Origin: Blastocatellia bacterium
Lineage (GTDB): Bacteria; Acidobacteriota; Blastocatellia; UBA7656
NCBI GenBank assembly: GCA_963765495.1
Contig: CAVXWP010000006.1
Span: forward strand, 32,001-96,000
Length of the DNA stretch: 64,000 nucleotides
Direction: 5' to 3'
In this document: positions 10,348 to 17,849 of the stretch, piece by piece
Position numbering within the stretch: position 1 is the first letter of the stretch
Layout of the letters: each line of letters opens with the position of its first letter
Notes under the pieces: generated by a model
The model's input: the letters and a program-made list of their open reading frames with translations, nothing else
Database searches by the model: none
What the model was told of the DNA's origin: nothing
Made by a program: the position numbers and the translations under genes

Positions 10348-10378
10348 GAGCTTCGGCATATTTAAATTTTCGCGCATA

Positions 10379-10408
10379 TTGACACTTTCGCGTAAGGTCT
10401 GGTAACTT
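10379..10408 (+). promoter_or_regulatory. Sigma-70 promoter for tRNA-Asn
   Basis: Perfect -35 TTGACA (10379-10384), 18-nt spacer, -10-like TAACTT (10403-10408), 26 nt before the tRNA. Confidence 0.6.
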
Positions 10409-10468
10409 ACCCATTCCTTCGAAAGAAGGATTTTTCCTGAGTAGCTCAATGGCAGAGCATCCGGCTGT

Positions 10469-11361
10469 AAAGGATGAATGATCTTTGCAGCTTCCACAGG
10501 TGACTGTGGTTGAAAAACTGGGTGAATTCAAGGAAGCCTACGCTGGCTACGGTCAGTAGGGTAACCCTGAGCGAAGCCTGCTAAAAGGTAGTGCGCTTTT
10601 GAGTGCGCTGTCGGCAGGAACGTGCAGAGACTGAGATTGTGTTGCAATGAAAGTTCTACCATTGGTAGGAACGGAACTCAGATCTGCTATTGTTGGAATG
10701 GTGGCTGGAGACGCCGGGATCAGGAAGCAAAAAGGCTGCCGATCTGTGAGTCTCCGGATTACTCATGCTGAGAAACAGAGAGAGTATCTTGAATACAAAA
10801 GAGATATCCTCCAAAATCTGTTTAAGGGATGGGAAATTCCTATCAGACCAATCAATAATAGCGGATATCCAGGAGTCAGACTGGAAACTCGCAATCATCC
10901 CAAACTAAGAGCCATTTATAAATGGTTTTATAGCGAGGGAAAAAAGCGGTTTTCGAGGCAAATTCTCAACTATCTAACACCCATCGGGGTTGCTATTTGG
11001 TATATGGATGATGGTTCTCTCTCTTACAAGAAAAGAGAGGGAAAGGTTCACGGAAGAGAGGTCCATCTCAATACTTACTGCTCATTGGAGGAGGCTGAAG
11101 TTATCCAAGCCTACTTCAAGGAAGTATGGGATGTCTCTTGGACGGTGATTCCAAATAAAGGGCTTTTTCGGCTTAGGATGGGATCGAACGGGGCTAAAAA
11201 GTTCTTTATGATCATCAGTCCGTACATAATTCCGATGATGAGGTACAAAATAGATTTGGGGTACGTAAAGCAACACGATCAAAGCGCCCGGCAACTTTTT
11301 TCAATGCCAGAAGAGAGTTGATGAGATAGTCCGCCCCTATGTGAAAACATAGGATCAAGCG
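10469..11361 (+). ncRNA. Group I self-splicing intron (IC3-like core), 893 nt
   Basis: P1 CTGT|AAAG pairs with CTTTGCAG, giving a U.G pair at the splice site; P2 CCACAG-GTGA-CTGTGG; core elements GAATTCAAGGAAGCC, AACCCTGAGCGAAGCC, GTGCAGAGACT, GAGATAGTCC; P9 CCTATGT-GAAA-ACATAGG; terminal G at 11361. Confidence 0.92.
10647..11321 (+). CDS. Intron-encoded double-motif LAGLIDADG homing endonuclease
   Basis: Motif 1 AIVGMVAGDAGI and motif 2 LTPIGVAIWYMDDGS (LAGLIDADG_2-type); basic 224-aa protein; AT-richer than flanking genes; lies inside the intron. Confidence 0.9.
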   Translation: MKVLPLVGTELRSAIVGMVAGDAGIRKQKGCRSVSLRITHAEKQREYLEYKRDILQNLFKGWEIPIRPINNSGYPGVRLETRNHPKLRAIYKWFYSEGKKRFSRQILNYLTPIGVAIWYMDDGSLSYKKREGKVHGREVHLNTYCSLEEAEVIQAYFKEVWDVSWTVIPNKGLFRLRMGSNGAKKFFMIISPYIIPMMRYKIDLGYVKQHDQSARQLFSMPEES

Positions 11362-11414
11362 TAACCGGAGGGTTGTAGGTTCGAGTCCTACCTCAGGAGC
11401 CATTTTTTAGGAGC

Positions 11415-11449
11415 AGAGGGTCATCATTTCGATGGCCCTTTTGCTTTCT
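11415..11449 (+). terminator. Rho-independent terminator after the tRNA
   Basis: AGGGTCATC-ATTTC-GATGGCCCT stem-loop followed by TTTGCTTTCT. Confidence 0.65.
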
Positions 11450-11860
11450 TAGCGCCTTTAAGAAATATCCCTGTCTAAAGCCGCGCCCGGCTTCTATATA
11501 ACCAATTGCCGGTTCTCAGATCATTCTGAAACCATCGTATTATTTCTTACTATTAACTTTACTGTGTTTGTGTCGCTCTCTCTATGGCGTCGGCTTTAGC
11601 TTGACCATAACCCGCCCGGAGTATAATCTTGTTCTGTCTGCAACGATGCAGAAGCCATCCGGTCTTGAGTGGTAGCCGGTATGTCTCCACGATTTGCCAC
11701 TTGTGGAGATTCGCAATGTCGGCACATATCAATCGCCTCGATAACAGAGCACCGTTTCTGGCCCTCGCTTATCCTGGGTGAGTATTTACCTTGCCGGCAA
11801 TGATACGCGCTTCCTGCTGCGAGCAGCAACGCCCCAGGTGAAGTCGCTCTGTATTAAAGT

Positions 11861-12100
11861 ATGATCACAAATTTAGTGGATATCGAAGACGCCAAGGAAC
11901 GTCTTGCGTCCGGCGAGCTAGCCTACGCATTTGAGATAAACGACCATACTACTATGCTTGGTCCGGCCTGTAGTTTTGGGGCCGATTACCTTCGAAGACT
12001 TCACACAGAAGGCCGCTATGCTGAAAACTTCGAAGAGGCAACGCAATTGGCTGATCAAAGAGGCGCGAGCATTACAGGAATATGGTTTGTGAAGCGATAG
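11861..12100 (+). CDS. Hypothetical protein
   Basis: 79-aa ATG ORF with protein-like composition; no motif recognised. Confidence 0.5.
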   Translation: MITNLVDIEDAKERLASGELAYAFEINDHTTMLGPACSFGADYLRRLHTEGRYAENFEEATQLADQRGASITGIWFVKR

Positions 12101-12186
12101 CCGTATTAGGCTCGTGAGATTAGACATTATCCAGACCGCGAGACGAGCGATGGTAACAGTGGAGCGAGTCTCTGAAGATATCGAGT

Positions 12187-13077
12187 ATGAAGACGAAATC
12201 AACCAAATTAATAGACGAACGTCCGTGGACACGCCCCTGGTGGCAATATTCTGAGGGGAACGGTCCCGTCTTATTCTATATCGTTATTATTCATGTGCTG
12301 GCGCTTGTGGGGGTGATCTTATTTCCCTTGCCGAGTTGGGGCATTTTGATCCCGGCGCTGGTGGTCACCTCGATTGGCGGCATAGGAACATCTGTGTGTT
12401 ATCACAGGTGTCTTGCTCACCGCTCGCTGCAATTGAATCGTGTGGTTGAGAATGTGCTTATATTCTTTACCATCTTTAACGCGTCAGGTGAGCCCATGTC
12501 GTGGGTGGCCAACCATCGCCATCATCACGCGAAAGCCGATACGGTTGAAGATATATCGAGTCCGCGTTACGGCGGGTTCTGGTGGGCGCATATCAAATGG
12601 GTCTATCAGTGGTCAGGCTCGGAAGTCAGCAGGTGGTGCCCTGATCTGGACAAGCCGCGATACAGGATATGGAGGCGGGTGCAGATTCCTATCATCACGT
12701 TTTCGATACTGGCGGGGCTTGCTCTGGGCTGGCAAGCCTTCTTCTGGATCGGAGCAATAAGGCTGGTCTATGCGCTGCACTTTCAAATGTTTGTCAACAG
12801 TCTGCTGCACATGTCGCCTGATTTGCCGGATGGCGTGGACTCCAGCCGCAACATCTGGTGGCTCGGTCCTTTGCAATTTGGAGCGTGGGGAGAGAACTGG
12901 CACAAAAATCATCATTCGGATGCAAATGCGGCACGTTTCGGCCGCCGATGGTGGCAGATTGATATCGGCTGGTATGTAATTCTGGGGCTTAAGGCGCTGA
13001 GGCTTGCAAATGACATAAGACCCACCAGGGATATTCTCAAGAAAGAGCGCCAGGCTGTTTATGCTCAAACGAATTGA
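12187..13077 (+). CDS. Delta-9-type fatty acid (acyl-CoA) desaturase
   Basis: His boxes YHRCLAH, HRHHH and WHKNHH; TM helices; WWQIDIGW C-terminal motif. Confidence 0.9.
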   Translation: MKTKSTKLIDERPWTRPWWQYSEGNGPVLFYIVIIHVLALVGVILFPLPSWGILIPALVVTSIGGIGTSVCYHRCLAHRSLQLNRVVENVLIFFTIFNASGEPMSWVANHRHHHAKADTVEDISSPRYGGFWWAHIKWVYQWSGSEVSRWCPDLDKPRYRIWRRVQIPIITFSILAGLALGWQAFFWIGAIRLVYALHFQMFVNSLLHMSPDLPDGVDSSRNIWWLGPLQFGAWGENWHKNHHSDANAARFGRRWWQIDIGWYVILGLKALRLANDIRPTRDILKKERQAVYAQTN

Positions 13078-13138
13078 TAAAAGTTTATGCATAGGGGCGG
13101 GTTGAACTGTGTATAGAGTATTGAAGCGCGAAACGGAA

Positions 13139-13396
13139 ATGAGTACCGAAGAGCAAAAACTGATTCACACTATTTTACAGGAGATAGACGGTCAATTAAG
13201 TCGGGGGATTCTGCCCGTGCATAATGATCACCTGAAACATCTCTCTGAAGAAGGCGATATACTCAAATACCTGCTCTATATGAAGAAAGAGGGATTGATC
13301 AGCGGCGATCTGGTTACAAAAGGTGTTGATAGCACACCTTATAGAATGACAAATATCAGGCTTACATACATTGGTATCAAGAGACTCAGATCCTAG
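13139..13396 (+). CDS. Small hypothetical protein, possible winged-helix fold
   Basis: LLYMKKEGLISG...IRLTYIGIKRL resembles a wHTH wing pattern. Confidence 0.5.
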   Translation: MSTEEQKLIHTILQEIDGQLSRGILPVHNDHLKHLSEEGDILKYLLYMKKEGLISGDLVTKGVDSTPYRMTNIRLTYIGIKRLRS

Positions 13397-13435
13397 TATT
13401 GAGACCTATGTTGGGGAGGCGAGAGAAGGAGATAG

Positions 13436-13723
13436 ATGAGCATTTGGCTGGAAGATAAGATCAGAGACGCAATCCTTTCCGTGCGATGGAGGCGGGCTGG
13501 CGAAGGGCTCCACCCTGGCTATTTCGCGGCTGCGACACTCGAATCATTGCAATTGAAGGGGTCGGCCGCTTCCTTCCTGGCCCGTTATATCTCAGAGAGT
13601 CTTATCGCTGATTGGGATAGTAAAGAGCACGATTCAGTAAAAGGTGAACTGGATGAGTTCAGCCTGGAAGAGATAGCCGATTATCTTGAAGACGAAGGCT
13701 ACACAGTATCTTCACCAGACTGA
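13436..13723 (+). CDS. Hypothetical protein
   Basis: ATG preceded by AGGAG RBS; 95 aa. Confidence 0.55.
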   Translation: MSIWLEDKIRDAILSVRWRRAGEGLHPGYFAAATLESLQLKGSAASFLARYISESLIADWDSKEHDSVKGELDEFSLEEIADYLEDEGYTVSSPD

Positions 13724-13785
13724 TTTTAGTATGAACCCGGTAACTTTGTAACTTTCGATTCGGTGGCAAGACCGGAAGCAGTCAG

Positions 13786-14115
13786 GTGCAGAACGGTCGT
13801 CGGAGACACGTCGAGGAGCGAAATATGAATCAGGGTGGCGCGCTGGAATTCGTTATCGCGGGAGTAGCGGGCTTACTCATAATCTCGCTTATGTTCTGGA
13901 TAGGCCATGCATTGTTGGGATGGCTGGAACATGAAACTCTGCCGGAGTCTGAATCTCTGCGGGGTAAGCCCGAGCAGTCGGTGCTGGAAAATCCGGCTGG
14001 CCTGCCGATAGAAGCCGGGCAGAGGCGATTGGCAACGCAATCTGAACATAATGATATAAATGCAAAGATAGAACGCACTCATCCAACCCCGGTCCCCACG
14101 GCTGGTCAATTGTGA
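13786..14115 (+). CDS. Small membrane protein
   Basis: One TM helix; GAGGAG before the internal ATG (MNQGG). Confidence 0.45.
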   Translation: MQNGRRRHVEERNMNQGGALEFVIAGVAGLLIISLMFWIGHALLGWLEHETLPESESLRGKPEQSVLENPAGLPIEAGQRRLATQSEHNDINAKIERTHPTPVPTAGQL

Positions 14116-14183
14116 TTGTGGTTTGAGCGCTCAGCTTAAGAGCGTCCAACTCGTGTGCTCGTAAATGGAGGTATGCAATACTG

Positions 14184-14741
14184 ATGGCAAGTAACAGCCC
14201 TGTACTCCTCGAGGATGGCGACGGCCAGATCGTAGCCGAGCTATCCGATTCCCTGATGAGCGCACCCGAAGCGCAGGCGACCAAACATCAGGCATCCAAA
14301 AATCAAATGCCGGTTATACCTGATGAGGTCAAATATGAGCCTCAGGCTCATAGAGAAACGGGCGATCAGGTTAATCGTTTTCTGCTTTGCAGGCTTGTCA
14401 GCGAGTCTGCGAGACAAATAAAGATGAACGCGGAAAAAGTAGGTGAATCGTTGCCGATGACGATGATTATCAGGGGCGTCCTGCAATGTTATCGCGCGGC
14501 GGCCAGAGATGAGACCGGTCCACTTGCGGGGCCGGACCCGGATATTGTCGGTCTCAGGAACCTTAACAAAGCGGTGCTTAAAGATCAGATCGCGCGCCAC
14601 TCAAGAGATAGGGTAACAATCAAGCAGGGGCAACTCGAACGCGCAAAGCGGCTCGGCGATGGCACGAGAATCAAGGATCAAAAAGAAGAACTTGAACTCG
14701 CAATAGAGTTGCGCAACCGCCTGGCTGAGAAATTTCGTTGA
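14184..14741 (+). CDS. Hypothetical protein
   Basis: GGAGG RBS upstream; C-terminal coiled coil. Confidence 0.5.
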   Translation: MASNSPVLLEDGDGQIVAELSDSLMSAPEAQATKHQASKNQMPVIPDEVKYEPQAHRETGDQVNRFLLCRLVSESARQIKMNAEKVGESLPMTMIIRGVLQCYRAAARDETGPLAGPDPDIVGLRNLNKAVLKDQIARHSRDRVTIKQGQLERAKRLGDGTRIKDQKEELELAIELRNRLAEKFR

Positions 14742-14804
14742 GTCGCGCCGTGCGATGGCTGATCGCCCGATTCCGAGTTGTTTGCCGTTTGATCTGGAGA
14801 AGAT

Positions 14805-15326
14805 ATGAAAATGAAAGTTGACGATATACTTACTTATATAGATTCTCGAATCTCCCCGCGCTATGGCACAGGCGTTGTCACCTCCATCAGCGCGGATGAG
14901 TACACTATTTTATGGTCGGGGCGCGGGTTGACCAAATATCGGCGCTCGGTGATTGATGGGAAACTGGAACAGATATTTCAGCGAGCCGATAAGCAGGGAG
15001 GTCTACCTAAAGAGCGACACCTGCATCTGGGCGCGTCAAAGGTCGGAGTCCCCTTCAATGTAAACTTTGATCGCGAAAAGGTGAAACAGTCGTGCGAAAC
15101 CCTGATATTATCGGAGGTGCGCAAGGCCAAGGAGGTGGCCGATGGTTTGACATCAGAGTTGTTCGCAAAGAAGCTTGCTCTGCGGGGACCGGCAAAGACC
15201 GTTTTATGGCAACTGGCCGAGTTGTGCAGCTCTCGAAAGTCTGCCGCCTGTGATGAAGCCCGAAATATAAGCAAAGAACTCTTCTTCGGCTATGTTCTTC
15301 AGAAATCCGATTTCGATGAGTCGTGA
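14805..15326 (+). CDS. Hypothetical protein
   Basis: GGAG RBS; N-terminal SPRYGTGVVTSI resembles an SH3/Tudor-like strand pattern. Confidence 0.55.
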   Translation: MKMKVDDILTYIDSRISPRYGTGVVTSISADEYTILWSGRGLTKYRRSVIDGKLEQIFQRADKQGGLPKERHLHLGASKVGVPFNVNFDREKVKQSCETLILSEVRKAKEVADGLTSELFAKKLALRGPAKTVLWQLAELCSSRKSAACDEARNISKELFFGYVLQKSDFDES

Positions 15327-15454
15327 TCTCGCGTGTGTAGGGTCATTGTTATGGTGCGACAGCAATTCGCGGACAAGTATCTCTTCAGTTATATCCTTGA
15401 TGTGTGAATAGAGAGCCACAATTGCTTTAGCCTCTCCTCAAGTGGGCAACCTAT

Positions 15455-17404
15455 TCAATGCGAAAGACCGACGCGCAGCAGCAAGCTTGTGAAGCGAGGG
15501 TCCGAGCGCAGAGGGTCGTAAGGTTGTTCAACTAGCAGGTTCATCAGTTGCGGTGAATGTTCCGCATAGGCTTCTTCGAGTAAGGCAAAAGCCCGGTCCC
15601 TTTGCCCGACTGCGGCACAGAGCATCGCCTTCAACGCGGGCGGAACATACTCTCGCTCTGCTAACTGATTCAATTCCTCAAGCATCTTTTGCGCCTCAGC
15701 TTTTCGACCGGCGCTGGCGTAGATCAAGCCAATGCCGCAGACGTAAGCGGGCGTTCGCCCGGCCAGGCCGATGGCGGTTTCGTATTCTTTGAGCGCCTCG
15801 TCATACCTTCCCATCCGCCAATATGTATCCGCCAGATAGCTATGCGCCACGGGATAGCTGGCGTCCAGTTCGAGCGTCTTTTTGCAGGCGGCGACGGCTT
15901 CCTCATAGCGGTGGGCGTAGTCGTAAGCCAGCGCGACATCGGCCAGGATCGGCAGCGACAGCGGGTCGAGCGCTTGCGCGAGTTTGATCTGTTCAATCGC
16001 TTCGTCCGGCTCCTGTTGAATGTTCAAGTACAGCGAATAGCCATGATAAGCCTGCGCATAGCTCGGATTAATTCCGATGGCCTCCTCATGCTCTCTTCTG
16101 GCACCCGCCCAGTCCCAATCCAGACTGTATGCATCGGCCAGCGCCTCGTGCGCTTCGGCGATACGGGCATCTAGCTCAAGCGCTTTCAATGCCGCCGCCT
16201 TGGTTTTAGCGATGGCTTCGCGAGGCTCAAGCGGGATATACCACATTCCCAGGCTGTAACATTGCGCCAGTTTGGCGTGGGCCAGCGTGTAGTCCGGGTC
16301 TATTGTGATCGCCTGCTGGAAATTGGCGATGGCTTTCTTGAGGTCTTCGCCCGTTCGCTTGTTCAGATGGTAAAGTCCTTGCAGGTAAGTCTGGTAAGCC
16401 TCGATGTTTGTGGTGTAGGGCTTTTTCGGTTCCTCAACACTGCACAGCCTGAGTTTGAGGCTGGCGGCGACGTTGCAACTGATCTCGTCCTGTACGGCGA
16501 AGATGTCTTTCAACGCCCGGTCATAGGTATTGCTCGCCCAAATGATGCGGCCATCGCTGACGCTGGCCAGCCGGACTTCAATGCGCACGCGGTCCCCGCT
16601 TTTTTGAACGCTGCCTTCCAACACTGCCTCGACGCCGAGCCGATGGCCGATCTCGCGCGGATCAATCTCTTGATCCTTGAACATGAAGGAAGAAGCGCGC
16701 GAGGTCACCTTCAACTCGCGGATCCTCGACAGTTCCGTGATGAAACTCTCTGTCATGCCGTCACTGAAATAGTCCTGTGAGGCGTCGCCAGTTAAATTCT
16801 TCAGCGGCAGCACGGCAATCGAGCGGACCGGCGTTGCTGCCGCGACGGCATGATTACGGTTGATAACCAGTACCACCGACGAAGCTACAAGCAGTGTCGC
16901 GATAAATCCGAGCGCCGCCACTCGATACCGCGCACGCAGACGCCGCATCTCCGCCGTCTGTGCTTGCGTAGACGGTTCCTCCTTTACCGATATCGCCGCC
17001 TCGTGTTCCTCTTCCGCGATGAGGATGACCCCGCGCGTTCTTTCGATTTCAAAGATAGGCGAATCACGCCCAACGGCCTGCTCTTCGACCGGCCCGATGT
17101 AACGATAGCCTTCCGCCCAGCGGGTCTCGATGAAGCGCGGCGCATCCAATTTGTCGCCGAGCGCTTTGCGAACCGCGCTAATGCATCGCGACAATGCTTC
17201 ATCGTAAACCTCTCGACCCTGCCAGAACTGTTCGAGCAGTTCCGTACGGCTCACCAGCCGCTCCCGATGTTCGATCAGATAAAGCAGGACTTGAAACGGC
17301 TTTCCGGTGATGCGGACCGGTTCGCCACCGCGCGTGAGCTGGCGGCGGTCTGGCTCCATCTGGTATTCGCCAAGGAGGTAGCTTTTTCTGACTTGCACGG
17401 CCAT
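15455..17404 (-). CDS. Winged-helix (CadC/OmpR-type) - TM - TolB-like - TPR transcriptional regulator
   Basis: FQVLLYLIEHRERLVSRTELL...FIETRWAEGYRY, TM helix, SIAVLPLKNL..DYFSDGMTE, multiple TPRs, YDPLRSDPRF tail. Confidence 0.9.
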   Translation of the reverse strand: MAVQVRKSYLLGEYQMEPDRRQLTRGGEPVRITGKPFQVLLYLIEHRERLVSRTELLEQFWQGREVYDEALSRCISAVRKALGDKLDAPRFIETRWAEGYRYIGPVEEQAVGRDSPIFEIERTRGVILIAEEEHEAAISVKEEPSTQAQTAEMRRLRARYRVAALGFIATLLVASSVVLVINRNHAVAAATPVRSIAVLPLKNLTGDASQDYFSDGMTESFITELSRIRELKVTSRASSFMFKDQEIDPREIGHRLGVEAVLEGSVQKSGDRVRIEVRLASVSDGRIIWASNTYDRALKDIFAVQDEISCNVAASLKLRLCSVEEPKKPYTTNIEAYQTYLQGLYHLNKRTGEDLKKAIANFQQAITIDPDYTLAHAKLAQCYSLGMWYIPLEPREAIAKTKAAALKALELDARIAEAHEALADAYSLDWDWAGARREHEEAIGINPSYAQAYHGYSLYLNIQQEPDEAIEQIKLAQALDPLSLPILADVALAYDYAHRYEEAVAACKKTLELDASYPVAHSYLADTYWRMGRYDEALKEYETAIGLAGRTPAYVCGIGLIYASAGRKAEAQKMLEELNQLAEREYVPPALKAMLCAAVGQRDRAFALLEEAYAEHSPQLMNLLVEQPYDPLRSDPRFTSLLLRVGLSH

Positions 17405-17424
17405 AAAACTGCTCCGGGGAGATT

Positions 17425-17457
17425 TTTTCAGGTTCTTTTCAAGTTCTTTTCAGGACT
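17425..17457. promoter_or_regulatory. Three 11-bp direct repeats, candidate operator
   Basis: TTTTCAGGTTC-TTTTCAAGTTC-TTTTCAGGACT between divergent genes. Confidence 0.55.
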
Positions 17458-17540
17458 TCCCGCCGCGTTATCGAGTAGAGTCCAATCGGTCAACAAATGA
17501 ATCGACGTTTCAGGACGCCACCGCCAGTATAGCACTGAGT

Positions 17541-17849
17541 ATGGTTATGCCGACAAACAGAAAGATCACTGTTGTCGCCTTTGAGCGTGAGCGTGTCGTC
17601 ATGCGCGCTTTGCCGATGCGCTGCCCGGTCTGTCAGAACGACACCGAATTATTAACGGTCCGCCAGGCTGGCCGACTCGCTCAGGTCGGGGCGGCGAGCA
17701 TCTACCGCTGGATTGCCTCGGGCAAAGCACATGGCATGAGGACCGCCGGAGGCGGGCATCGCGTCTGTCGCCATTCGCTCTTTCATCCGCTTCGTGCGGA
17801 ATTGCCGCACGAGGAGCAGGCTCTGGCTTATCAAGGAGACCTACCATGA
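17541..17849 (+). CDS. Small CxxC plus excisionase-like (HTH_17) DNA-binding protein
   Basis: CPVC followed by LLTVRQAGRLAQVGAASIYRWIASGK; stop overlaps the next start (ATGA). Confidence 0.7.
   Translation: MVMPTNRKITVVAFERERVVMRALPMRCPVCQNDTELLTVRQAGRLAQVGAASIYRWIASGKAHGMRTAGGGHRVCRHSLFHPLRAELPHEEQALAYQGDLP

Larger units (their letters stand above)
10435..11402 (+). tRNA. trnN: tRNA-Asn(GUU) interrupted by a group I intron; exons 10435-10468 and 11362-11402
   Basis: Joined exons TCCTGAGTAGCTCAATGGCAGAGCATCCGGCTGT|TAACCGGAGGGTTGTAGGTTCGAGTCCTACCTCAGGAGCCA fold as a canonical cloverleaf: acceptor TCCTGAG/CTCAGGA, anticodon stem TCCGG/CCGGA, loop CT-GTT-AA, TTCGA T-loop, G73, encoded CCA. Confidence 0.95.

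Noticed and set aside
11215-11403. ORF MAPEVGLEPTTLRL on the minus strand
   Set aside because: Antisense translation of the tRNA 3' exon and intron end.
17541-17849. Prophage or ICE excisionase
   Set aside because: No integrase or phage genes; translationally coupled to the SBBP gene, so more likely a regulator.
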